Assembly (NCBI GenBank): GCA_051362555.1
Contig: CM120648.1
Span: 12,520,587-12,584,586, forward strand
Direction: 5' to 3'
Length of the DNA stretch: 64,000 nt
DNA from: Lingula anatina
Lineage: Eukaryota; Animalia; Brachiopoda
The translations under genes were made by a program, and so were the position numbers. Below are positions 28,301 through 41,159 of the stretch, in pieces; the first letter of the stretch is position 1; every line of letters begins with the position of its first letter. The notes beneath the pieces were generated by a model. That model made no database searches and was not told the origin of the DNA. It saw nothing but the letters and a program-made list of their open reading frames with translations.

Positions 28301-31300
28301 CTGTCTCTAATTCGGGAACCATTAATGCTAGAGACCCATTCTTTTTTGCATTTTGTAGAGCATGTAAAGCCCAACACTGAAGGTGGTCTCGGTTTTTTTG
28401 TATTCCATACGGTTTTCGAGTTATGCTGTATCAAAAAGTACATATTGGTGGTAAAAGCAAAATGTGCAGTACGGTAATGGATAATAAATTTTGAACTCTG
28501 GAAAAATAAAACATAAGGCTTGGCAAAGCAGACAACTTGTGTTCAAAAATGACATTATTTCATCAAATTTGAACTTCTGAAACTTCAGAGCACCTCCTAT
28601 TTCAAGAATTTTGACCAAAATGACATTTTCTTTATTTTAATTAATTTTTTCTGTACGAAATTTAAGGCACATTATGGTAACTCCAAAATTATAACATTTA
28701 GTCCCTTATATCTCCAAAACTGGCAGAGATAGGTCCATAGTTACTATTGAAGTTGAATAGGAAGTCATATACTGGCAATCTTACTGTGACCTTGAAATTG
28801 ACCTTTGACCTACTTTTCACCATGAACTGAACTTTGCAAATTTTGCTTCCCTTTTATCTCCAAAACTGGCAGAGATAGGTCCATAGTTACTATTGAACTT
28901 GAATAGGAAGTCATATACTGGCAATCTAAATGTGATCTTGAAATTGACCTTTGACCTACTTTTCACCATAAACTGAACTTTGAAAATTTTGCTTCCCTTT
29001 TATCTCCAAAACTGGCTGAGATAGGTCCATAGTTAGTATTGAACTTGAATAGGAAGTCATATACTGGCAATCTCAATGTGACCTTGAAATTGACCTTTGA
29101 CCTACTTTTCACCATGAATTGAACTTTGCAAATTTTGCTTTCCTTTTATCTCCAAAACTGGCAGAGATAGGTCCATAGTTACTATTGAATTTGAATAGGA
29201 AGTCATATACTGGCAATCTAAATGTGACCTTAAAATTGACCTTTGACCTACTTTTCACCATGAACTGAACTTTGCAAATTTTGCTTTCCTTTTATCTCCA
29301 AAACTGGCTGAGATCACCCTGAGCTTCAGAGATAACTTGACACTAACCTCTTCACTATAGCCTATCTTCATCGTGTCAAGTTACCTCTGACGAAAATAGT
29401 TTGACCTAGTTTATATAAGCCAATCGAATCCAAGTTTCAAAATTTTTCACCAAAGTTTGGTGAAAACGCTGATTGGTTGACCGTCAATCGGTAATCCTCG
29501 GCTGATTCCGCAAGCTCCATACTAACAACAAAGTTATTGTAGAGTGCGGAGACATCCGAGTAGTTCCGAGTGCAAAACCGTACACAAAGAAAGCATGGCG
29601 TCTCCTACGAGTGACTACGTAAAATAATGTGTTAAGTTATCTCTTCATTCTTTGCAAAATATGAGTATATCGGAATTGAAACAAGAGCAGTTTGAGGCCC
29701 TGCATCATTATCTACTGAGGGATGATGTATTTTGCATGCTGCCCACAGGTTACGGCAAGTCCCTGATATTCAGCCTTATCTTTGATTGGTCCGGATTTGA
29801 ACAAAGCGCGCTTTGACTCGTTCGCGTTCATTGGCTAGATCGTTCAATGAGTCATTGAGTGCGGGCTTTAAATTTGATTGGCGGGCGGCGGGGGCAATGG
29901 AATGTGGTCAGAGGTAACTTGACACGATGAAGATAGGCTATAGTGAAGAGGATAGTGTCAAGTTATCTCTGAAGCTCAGGGTGGCTGAGATAGGTCTGTA
30001 GTTACTATTGAACTTGAATAGGAAGTCATATACTGGCAATCTAAATGTGACCTTGAAATTGACCTTTGACCTACTTTTCACCTTGAATTGAACTTTGCAA
30101 ATTTTGCTTTCCTTTTATCTCCAAAACTGGCAGAGATAGGTCCGTAGTTACTATTGAACTTGAATAGGAAGTCATATACTGGCAATCTATATGTGACCTT
30201 AAAATTGACCTTTGACCTACTTTTCACCATGAACTGAACTTTGCAAATTTTGCTTTCCTTTTATCTCCAAAACTGGCTGAGATAGGTCCGTAGTTACTAT
30301 TGAACTTGAATAGGAAGTCATATACTGGCAATCTAAATGTGACCTTAAAATTGACCTTTGACCTACTTTTCACCATGAACTGAACTTTGCAAATTTTGCT
30401 TTCCTTTTATCTCCAAAACTGGCAGAGATAGGTCCATAGTTACTATTGAACTTGAATAGGAAGTCATATACTGGCAATATAAATGTGACATTAAAATTGA
30501 CCTTTGACCTACTTTTCACCATAAACTGAACTTTGCAAATTTTGCTTCCCTTTTATCTCCAAAACTGGCAGAGATAGGTCCATAGTTACTATTGAAGTTG
30601 AATAGGAAGTCATATACTGGCAATCTAAATGTGACCTTAAAATTGACCTTTGACCTACTTTTCACCATGAACTGAACTTTGCAAATTTTGCTTCCCTTTT
30701 ATCTCCAAAACTGGCAGAGATAGGTCCGTAGTTACTATTGAACTTGAATAGGAAGTCATATACTGGCAATCTAAATGTAACCTTAAAATTGACCTTTGAC
30801 CTACTTTTCATCATAAACTGAACTTTGCAAATTTTGCTTCCCTTTTATCTCCAAAACTGGCAGAGATAGGTCCATAGTTACTATTGAACTTGAATAGGAA
30901 GTCATATACTGGCAATCTAAATGTGACCTTAAAATTGACTTTTGACCTACTTTTCACCATGAACTGAACTTTGCAAATTTTTCTTCCCTTTTATCTCCAA
31001 AACTGGCAGAGATAGGTCCATAGTTACTATTGAACTTGAAGAGGAAGTCATATACTGGCAATCTAAATGTGACCTTAAAATTGACCTTTGACCTACTTTT
31101 CACCATGAACTGAACTTTGCAAATTTTGCTTTCCTTTTATCTCCAAAACTGGCAGAGATAGGTCCGTAGTTACTATTGAACTTGAATAGGAAGTCATATA
31201 CTGGCAATCTAAATGTGACCTTAAAATTGACCTTTGACCTACTTTTCACCATAAACTGAACTTTGCAAATTTTGCTTCCCTTTTATCTCCAAAACTGGCA

Positions 31301-31738
31301 GAGATAGGTCCATAGTTACTATTGAACTTGAATAGGAAGTCCTATACTGGCAATTTAAGTGTGACCTTGAAATTGACCTTTGACCTACTTTTTATCATGA
31401 AGTGAACTCTGCTAATTTCTTTCTCTTTTAACTTCAAACTTGACAGAGATAGGTCCATAGTTACTCTTGAACTTGAATAGGAAGTCATATACTGGCAATG
31501 TACTGTGACCTTGAAATTGACCCTTGACCTATCTTACAAAGAACTTAAATTTGATTGTACCATATATATTTTTTGCAATAGTTTAAAAATTCTTGTTGAT
31601 TGCATTTTTACAGCTTGTCAAGCACAAAACTGGTGGCTGTGTCCCTTATTTTGTGTATGTGGGGGTCTATACAAATGCGCTTGCTCCAGCTGGTGGTACA
31701 ATATTCGGAGGCGGTATCGCCTCTCTGATCCTCTAGTT
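25371..31738 (+). mobile_element. Composite Helentron/HINE-like element, family A (second 5' end at 27730), with 146-bp satellite arrays
   Basis: 5' TTGTACCACCAGCGTTAGCGCTGGCGGTACA hairpin, (GGCTCCGCC)n microsatellite, 146-bp tandem units, 3' GCTGGTGGTACAA + GAGGCGGTATCGCCTC palindrome + CTAGTT. Confidence 0.88.
29315..29983 (+). mobile_element. Long-TIR non-autonomous transposon carrying a RecQ-helicase N-terminal fragment (AcademH-like candidate)
   Basis: About 75-bp TIRs CACCCTGAGCTTCAGAG...; TSD GCTGAGAT; 29661-29775 translates MSISELKQEQFEALHHYLLRDDVFCMLPTGYGKSLIF. Confidence 0.8.
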
Positions 31739-33184
31739 TAAAAATTATGAAAACAATCTATTAGTAGACAAAAAGCGTTTTAGTAAACCTCACCTCAATA
31801 TGCATAAACAGATCTGGGTCACGTGGTACTGTGACGACAATCACGATAAAGGTCTATGAGACTCAACTGAGCTGCATGGTGCATACAGACGGAGAAGTTA
31901 AAGGAAAGTTGTGTTGAACGGAATTGAGGAATTTTCGTTATGCCTCGGTGTGTTGCCGTGGGATTCACCAAAATTGCAGCTCTCTTTGACAATCTTTCTT
32001 TGTCTGTGACGGTCTTCCGTGACTTACTAACTTCGGTGACAATAGTTACGATGCTCTAGATCATGGTCACCTCAGGTGGTTTACAATGTAGATCATATCA
32101 AGAGGTGGTAGTCTTTCAGATTAACTGTCATCAGTTGGCAAACTTACTGATTGCTGATGCATTTTAAATGCATTGTAGTTGACCAAAAGCTCGTTTACAA
32201 CAAACCTGTTAATTATGCACCGCTGCACTTCCCAACCCAGGTAATAACAGGTATCAAAATCGTCTTGGTGGGCTTTCATATTTTTCAAAATATCTCTTTT
32301 ATTTCATGGGGTGATTTTATTGGTATTTGTAAATGACATTTAATATCAATATTTAAACAATTGAGTTCAAACACCGCCGCGAACATTAATAAAAGTAATT
32401 GCTCTCAGGGTAACTTGAAGCATGCGTATGCCCAGGCATTACTTCCGTGGAAGAAAACGTGTTGAAGAACAAACAGAAAAAAAAGAGCGGTATATTAAAG
32501 AAAAAATAGGAACTTATGTACTAAAATGTTTCGTAAACCTAATTCGTTTATGCTTTGAAGATTTGTTTCTGAATGTTATTTCATCTGAAGTATAAAATAA
32601 TTTAAAAGATTTATCATTTTATACCTTGAAATACATGTTCTGCGTCTGTACACAAAACTTTTTGCAAATTTGTATGCTTTGTCAAACCCAAAAACATGTA
32701 GCAGATCAAGGTAAAAGAGCATTGTTTGCTATAAGTAGCATGGGAAAAATCATTACTTGAATGTTTACTAAATGTGCAGTTTTACATACGTGAGTATAAA
32801 AAATATAAAAAATTCCAAGCACGCACAGCAAAATGTAGACTAAGGCAAAACATCAAGAACAGCGTAATCTCAGCAAATGTGCCCCAAATAGTAGCTTAAT
32901 TTCCATTAATAATAAAATCATCATTTAAGTCAAAAAATTTCTGTCGATTTAATAAATGTTCTAATTTATCCAGAACGGTATATTTATTTAAGAGGAGGCT
33001 AACTGAAATATAGTTTTATTATTTGTTTATTTTGTATTTGAAAATTGCCCATGTCACCCTGTTAATTAGAAGGTCTAAGCTGGATCAAGTCCGTGCTTAA
33101 ATTCCTATGAAGCTGTGCAGGAAAAATTCTTCCTTTGTTTCTCTAGCTCCTCAATAAACCCGGTGTTCAGATTTTATCTAGTAC

Positions 33185-33500
33185 CCTGAAATAGTTTATT
33201 CTCTTTTACTGTACATTTACAGATTAAAGAGCATATATATATATATATACATCAACCTGAAGGCTTGACCCCCTTATTCACAATACTAATGAATTTGTAC
33301 AAATTATTCAGTTTTTTCTTATTTTTCGTTGAAAATATTTCATACATTTTAATTACATTTGGTCTAATACATGCTTTTTTTGGAATATATAAGTTTCGAC
33401 TTTCTGCAAAATAGGTACATCTAAAGACATAATGAAATTCATCCCCTATTTCATTTTTACACAAGTTGCATAATCTCAGGTCTGTGGGAGCTGCTCTTTG
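33185..33500 (-). mobile_element. 5'-truncated non-LTR retrotransposon 3' end
   Basis: RLCNLCKNEIGDEFHYVFRC C-terminal zinc-knuckle motif followed by AATAAA on the minus strand. Confidence 0.75.
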
Positions 33501-34045
33501 AAACTAAAGCACAGGTAGATTTTTACCTGAGATAAATATCGCCAGCCATTTAACCCTCTAATTAAGAGGTAAAGGAAGTTCCAGTTAGATGGATGATTAA
33601 GATGGGACTTGTAAAGGTAACGGGCATCGTTTACCTCAGTTTAAGAAAAGTATCCAAGACAGAGTGTCAGCGGTTTAATAAAATTAATTGAATTTCACAA
33701 ATAACATGGCCCTCATATGCAATAATCCACAGTACCCTTTACTCATTCAAATGCAGTGTTTTATACAACTTGGGATAACCATAATTAAATGCTCGTTAAA
33801 GAATTGACTAGACGGGAATGGTTTTACACAGCTTCATGAGGATTTAGATCCCTCGGGTAAGAGATTTGAATGAGTATTAACTTTTATCAGAAGCCAGAGA
33901 AGTCATCTTACAGGTAGACAATGCAGCTCAGTTTGACAGCTAAGCACGCTCTGTTCTCCAGTGGCTCAATTGTCGTCATCGGACCACGTGACCACGTAGC
34001 TCATTAACTCCCAGGCCGAGCAAATAGGACGTTTTTCTTACAACC

Positions 34046-36711
34046 TTTTTATGTACAGACACAGATGTGTCTGTACATATTGCCATCACCTGCGTCTGTC
34101 GTCGCCGATGGCGATGCCGATGCCGATGCCGATGCCGATGCCGGCGCCGTGCACTTTCCTTGTAAACACGATAAGTGGATGGCAGTTTTACTTTTTGGCT
34201 TCATATTTACAGAGCTGATGAATATTCATAAAACGCAGGTCAAGTTCGAAAATCAGCATGATCGGGCCATTATTGTAGAAGTTATGCTGTTTTTTCACTT
34301 TTCAGCATATTTTTCACATTTCCTCAGATTCAATTCTTAGGCATGTTAACAGTCTCATTATTAAACTAATAAGATACGTAAAAGTTTTTGTTTGACATTT
34401 CCTGCATCTTTACAACATTGTTAGTTGATTTTGTAAAAATGATGGTAAACTTGTTATCGTGTATTGTGTAATAAAGTTTCAAAAATGGAAATAAACTCAT
34501 ATCATTACAGTTTGTCAGATTCAATCATTCACTATGTTCAGAATCTCAGAATGGAAGAAATTGGACATTTAACACTGCTCTATTGATATTTTTCCCATCT
34601 CATCAATTTTCTTAGTTGATCATATAAAAATGGCAGTAAACTGTTAATTTTGTTTTATGTTAAAAATTGTTAAAAATGGAAAAAAAAAACATTTCAGAAC
34701 AGTGCTGTCTTGTTTACATTTTGGCATTTTCAAGTTGTGACTTTGAAGTTCCATGGGCCTGAAGACCTTTGCTAGTCACATTTTCTGAATATCCATGATA
34801 CTAATTTTTTATTATTAAAAATTGATGGTCATTATGCTGTTAAACATTATGTAATATTGCATCAAAATTTGAAAAAAACCTATTTTGGGCACTGCTCCCA
34901 TGATGACCATTTAAGAAAAACCATGTCACTTACTGTTCTCAAACAGTACAGTAAATATATATAGATGTGTCTGTACATATTGCCATCACCTGCGTCTGTC
35001 GTCCCTGTCATCGCCGTCTCCGGCGCCGTGCACTTTCATTGTAAACACGATAAGTGGAAGGCAGCTTTACTTTTTGGCTTTATATTTACAGAGCTGATGA
35101 ATATTCATAAAATGCAGGTCAAGTTCGAAAATCAGCATGATCGGGTCATTATTGTGGAAGTTATGCTTAATTTTTCACTTTTCAGCATATATGCAACACT
35201 GTAAACACATTCCAAGGAAAACCGATTGGCCTGTTGTCATGAAACTCACAGGAGTAATCTATCTTACTACAACGCAGGTCAAGTTAGAAAATCGGCATGA
35301 TCAGGCCACTATTTTAGTAGTTATGCTTTTTTTTTCACTTTTCAGCATATATGCAACACTGTAAACACAATATAAGAAAAACAGATAGGCCAATTGTCAT
35401 TAAACTCACAGGAGTGGTCAATCCTTCTAAAACGCAGGTTGAGTTAAAAGATCAGCATAATCGGGCCATTATTTTAGAAGTTATGTTGTTTTTTCACATT
35501 TTCTCAGATTCAATTCTTAGGCATGTTAACAGTTTCATTATTTAATTAATAAGATATTAAAAGTGTTTGTTTGACATTTCCTGCATCTTTACAACATTGT
35601 TAGTTGATTTTGTAAAAATGATGGTTAATTTGTTATCGTGTATTGTGTAATAAAGTTTCAAAAATGGAAATAAACTCATATCATTGCAGTTTGTCAGATT
35701 CAATCATTCACTATGTTCAGAATCTCAGAATGGAGGAAATTGGACATTTAACACTGTTCTATTGATATTTTTCCCATCTCATCAATTTTTTTAGTTGATC
35801 ATATAAAAATGGCAGTAAACTGTTAATTTTGTTTTATGTTAAAAATTGTTAAAAATGGAGAAAAAAAACCATTTCAGAACAGTGCTGTCTTGTTTACATT
35901 TTGGCATTTTCAAGTTGTGACTTTGAAGTTCCATGGGCCTGAAGACCTTTGCTAGTCACATTTTATTATTAAAAATTGATGGTCATTATGCTGTTAAACA
36001 TTATGTAATATTGCATCAAAATTTGAAAAAAAACTATTTTGGGCACTGCTCCCATGATGACCATTTAAGAAAAACCATGTCACTTACTGTTCTCAAACTT
36101 ACAGGAAAGAAACATGGGACTAAAATATAGCTTCAGTAGGCAATGCAATCTGCCAGTTAAACATTTTTTTTGTGAAATTTTAATTTTTCACATATTGGCA
36201 TATTCAAGGTGTGACTTTGAAGCTCCACAGGCTTGAAGACCCATGCTTGTCACATTTTCTGAAAATCCATGATACGTATATTTTATTATTAAAAATTGAT
36301 TGTCATTATGCTGGTAACCATTATGTAATATTACATCAGAATAGAAGAAAACACAATCTTGGGTGCTGCTGCCATGATGACCATTATGGGAAAACCATGT
36401 TACTTATGATTGCCAAACTTTCAAAAAAGAAATACAGGACTAAAATGCAGCCTGAGTTGGAAAAGCAGTCTAATTGACATCTTTTTCTGGAAGTTTTACA
36501 TTTTCAAAGGGTGAACTTGAACTCCCATGGGCCTGAAGCCTTATGTTTGTTACACATTTTACTTACATTGGTATTACCTGTTGAGCATAATTAGAATTTG
36601 ATGTTGAATTTGCAGTTTAACATAATGTACTTTTGCATCAGAATTGACAGTAGCCTATTTTGTTATTTCCTGCCTTTTTGTCTGTACATTTGACAGCTTT
36701 GCTGCCTTGTT
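34046..36711 (+). mobile_element. Helentron/HINE-like family B, with a second partial copy starting at about 34960
   Basis: Same termini as 14233-17498; (GATGCC)n microsatellite after the 5' hairpin. Confidence 0.8.
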
Positions 36712-37176
36712 CTTACATTTCAGGCACACTGTATGTGAGGGGCAATTATCCCCAGTCAATTCATATTTAAACAATTTAGAGAGTCCGTCAATATATAGCT
36801 TACTTTTCCCTTGGCCTTCTTCTGATTTACCGCATAACTTTAAATAGTGACGGGAATAAACCGATATGGGTTGACTGCAAAGTAAACACTCCTTCCCTAT
36901 TACCTTCTTCGTCGGTGTAGTGGTTACTTCATGTCGTATTCAACAAACAACTGGAATTTTTGACGGGCTGCAGATAGGCTCTGCCATCCCGGTTGCCGAC
37001 GTCATCTTCACTAGCACGTGGGTTTGTTTATATTGGCAGCACAAAATATCTCCATTATCTTTGATTGGTCTGGATTCGAACAAAGCGCTTTGACTTGTTC
37101 GCGTTCATTGGCAAAGAGTCATTGAGGGCAGGCTTAAAATTTGAGCAGTGCGGGCAATTGAATGTGGTCAGAGGTA

Positions 37177-38050
37177 CAGGGATGCTAGTCTTCCGGTTTT
37201 TACCGGAATTCCGGTTTTTTGCGTCCAGTTATAAAATTTTCTGGTACTATATTTTGTTCCGGAATTCTCGTTTTTAACGTGGTCGCGGACTGGACGAACG
37301 ATGCGTCAGAGGAACGTCGCATTTCAACCATTGCGACAGAGCTGCGTTTCAACACAATATCTAGTCACAACCGTAGCACGTGATTTATTTATGGCGCTTG
37401 ATTGGTTGGAAATGTAGGCTTTAATGTCGGCACCCATGTGGAAAGTTTTGACACCGCGTGCACGGAATTTTGAACTAAACCAAACTAAATGGATTTCGCG
37501 GAGAGGGGAACAGACGATATTAGAAACATCGACATTACTGTCAAAAATAGATTTAGTTGGAGTTGGCTGGAGGAAAAGGACAATAATGACGATTTTTTTT
37601 CTACCTATGTTCGGAAGCGAAAGTCCCCCGGAGAAGCTTGGTGTGTATGGTGCAACGACGTGATCCGGTACGGAAGCAGTGGTAAAAAAGCTCTGAAAAA
37701 CCATGCTAAAACAACTAAGCATGCCAAAGCACGTAGTTGTCTTTACACATTTTTGTTGCTTGGGCATTACCACGAAAGTCATTATCAATCTTTGAAAATG
37801 ATAAATGAAAGGGATTAATATTTAGTGACTATCATTATCATGCTGGTGATTATCAAGCTTACGTGAGGGATCATTACTGTCTACTATGGGTGGTAGGTGT
37901 TTATGTACTGATGGCACTTCCATCTTGTCAATGTCAAGATTATCCTTGGAAACAACTGTTGAAAATTACCATGAAGTTGTGATGACATATATTGCAATAT
38001 ATTTATTAAATAAAATTTGAAATATAGTAATTGTTTCATAATCAATTTGT

Positions 38051-38083
<33 letters not shown>

Positions 38084-38136
38084 TCTTTGCCAAAAAAAAG
38101 TTCAGGTTTTCTTTCCGGACCCCACTAGCATTTCTG
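37177..38136 (+). mobile_element. Internally deleted hAT-like transposon (6-bp TSD GAGGTA) with a zinc-finger transposase N-terminus, inserted in the right TIR of a second RecQ-family element copy (about 37056-38209)
   Basis: CAGGGATGCTAG ... CTAGCATTTCTG; ORF 37489-37818 with WCVWC…H…H. Confidence 0.8.
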
Positions 38137-38269
38137 GAGGTAACGTGACACGATGAAGATAGGCTATAGTGAAGAGGTTAGTGTCAAGTTATCTCTGAAG
38201 CTCAGGGTGCAGTTGATGGACTCTCTGTAGACTTAGGATGATATCCCTGTTTATTATTTTTCACTTTAG

Positions 38270-38450
38270 ATTGTGTATCCTCCTCTCCCTGCCCCAGTGG
38301 ATGGATATATAATATCATAGGGAGATGTTATAATGTGTCCAGTAGGCAAGATTATCGACGTGATGCATGGATGAGTTGCATGGATATGGATGCACTCCTA
38401 GCCATGCCAAAGACTGAAGACTTACAGGCAGCACTGGAAGCTGTAGTAAC
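38270..38450 (+). CDS. C-type lectin domain A, exon 1 (CPSGW…RCY…C…LA.PKT)
   Basis: Long-form CTLD N-terminal motifs; ttag acceptor, AC|gtacgt donor; phase 1 to 2. Not in the ORF track. Confidence 0.88.
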
Positions 38451-39450
38451 GTACGTATGTTCATTAAATGAAGGGGACAGAACATAAGATTATTTTCTTA
38501 ATAAGTGCTTATACCACTTCTTGTTGAACTATATAATGACAAGTGATGCCTTAAGTGATCTTACTTCTATTTTGTTTCTATACACTTACGCATCTCTTTT
38601 CTTCACTTTCATTTTCGTCGATCAAGAATGGCATGTGTGACCAGAGAGCGGCACAAAACTCAATGAATATTATGGCTGATAAGGTAGAAAGTAGACCAAA
38701 TAATAAAAAATGCCGCATGGCCACAAAACCTTCCAATGGGAAGTCAAAAGTAAAGCATCACTTATTATAACACAGAATTGAAAATTGACCCTGAGTAACG
38801 TTATTGTGGGAAATGAAAATGGCGCATCCACGATTGCGGATAATGCCAGTGAAGCTTAGAATTCAGATCATATGGTCGATATGGCAGACGTTGCCCATGA
38901 TGAAGATGCTAAATGATAATAATAAAAAGAATTTAGAGGAAGAATTTCTTCCCGAAAAAAGATCTATTTATTTTTTATTTTTTATATATACTATCTATTT
39001 TTAAAATTTGATGGAGTTAGTTTTTTTTTTTTTTTTGTAGTTTCTATGAATTTCACAAACGCCGATCAGTCTGTGGCCCATACCAGTAAACTCTCCCGAT
39101 CTTGTCGGGGGTCTCCCTAATTTGGGGACATATCTATTGATCTCCCAATTCACACTAAAAATCTTTATATCACACTCTTCTCTATCACACTTGTATTTTC
39201 ATTAGGAGGCTCAGTGATTTTATCCACAGAAATGCGCTGTAACATAATTGCTTTCTCAGTTTAGTTATGGGGGTATAGATAGCAGTAAACAATAAAAAGA
39301 AAATTGCCAATGACAAAGCTGCACCTGGTCGTTGTGTGAGAAACATCTTAAACGCTGTACAGGTATGTTGTTTTCGTGGAGACGAAGCTGGTTCCAAAAG
39401 AAACCTTAACAGTGGTAATTAAATAAAACCACAGCTGGGTAAGCATTCAG

Positions 39451-40098
39451 AGCCCGGTTTCATCAAGGCTGGATAGGCTATCCCATGGATAACACTATCC
39501 AAGGTATAAATTTCTTATCCTCTGTATAAATTTGTTTCACAAAGGCTGGATAAAAAGCATGATAGTAATCCAGTGGATAAAGAAATTATCCAGTTCCATA
39601 TTTGGAAAAAGACATTCCCATAATGCAGTTGGTTGCTATAAACATTATAAAAGCCATATGACAATTGCTAACAAAAAAGTGATCTATACTATATTTGAAA
39701 AATAAATTACCCATAATAAACATTATAAGTTTATTTCAAGATAGTACCCTAATTTAAATAATGGGAATAATATCTACAGGATATTTTAGTGTCAGTGTCA
39801 AAAACAGACCACATTGCATTAGTTGTGCCTCATGCAATGTTTACAATTTGCAGTTGAAGGGCAATTCTATACCTGTGAAATCTCATAGGATTTACTCATA
39901 AAGGAAGGTTTGCCATTTTTGATGATTTGACAGCATGATAGGAGACTTAGCCCACCTATTTTGAGCAGACAAGTTTATCCTCTGGATAACACTATCCACT
40001 GTTGATGAAACACATTGTCCTCTGGATAGCTCTATCCAGAGTGTAGCAGCCATTTTTATCCATAGGATAGTGCTATTCAGCCTTGATAAAACCGGGCC
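39451..40098. mobile_element. Harbinger-like MITE (partial copies at 47034 and about 57770-58055)
   Basis: cag|AGCCCGGTTTCATCAAGGCTG ... CAGCCTTGATAAAACCGGGCC|ctg. Confidence 0.78.
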
Positions 40099-41159
40099 CT
40101 GAACATTGCAATTAATGATAGATACAGTACAAGTCGCTGAGCCAAACATGAAATATTACGAGTGTATTGTCAAGCCGCAGGTTGAGTAATTTTCAGGTAC
40201 AGCTCGGTGACGAGTGTTGTATCTACCATGGCCTCTGATCAGTTACTACAATGCACTCACAATATATTTCTGGAGCAGTTCAAAAGTAATTCCAAGCAAA
40301 AATTCTTTTGGGACATTAGAAAAAATTATTAAAAATGACTTAAGAATGTGTCAATTTGCCTAATGGCAAGGGCTTAAGTTTTGTGCTAGATCGGTCATAT
40401 AACCGATTTGCTTACTACAACTCCTTGAGTTATGAAATAGATTAATTTAAAAAAATATCTTCAGCTGATACATGTGCAAATTCTGTCAAGGAGAGTGCGA
40501 CCCAACATATCATTAGGAGTAAATGACACCTGTTTGGCTTTTGTCGTGAACTCAATACGTAACATGATCATATTGTGTATAAAGTAAATCCAAATTAACA
40601 AAGTTTTAATTTTTTCAATTTACATCATGTATTATTATCAATTTTGTTTTTACGTGCACATGTAGGGATGGAGGGTTGTAATGAACCTTAATTTTCATAT
40701 ACACATGACGGAAGTTCCACACATTTATAGGATTTTGTATGCTTAATTCAAGCGTGGGCTTGAAATAGGACATACAGTAACATTTCCGTCTAACTTAAAG
40801 GATAATGCAATCCAAAGATTCCACGCTTTGTGTCAAATTTACATAAGGTCGTGCAGAGAAAACACAAGTCCACATAATGACCAGTTAAATGATTTATTCG
40901 TTGATGCTCAGTAGCTACATATTCTTAGTGAAGTCTTGCTCGTAATTACTTTGCTTCGTAGTTTGCCGCTCCCAACCTCCTTTGCTGCTTCCTTCCATGT
41001 CTCCCTCTACATCTCTCTACATGTCTCCAGGTATCCCTTATATACTTATTTCTTATGTACATATATGGTCGATAATTGTATAAGTAATTTCTTTAACTCC
41101 GTGTCATACACAGAGACCGCCACATTACTCAAGAGCTATTAGACTACAAGACATTATGT

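Noticed and set aside
31940-31975. MPRCVAVG, a THAP-like start
   Set aside because: Second cysteine missing, frame not sustained, and no termini identified.
36724-36847. Possible upstream exon of the lectin gene after ttcag
   Set aside because: Stops in all frames, no convincing phase-1 donor and no signal peptide.
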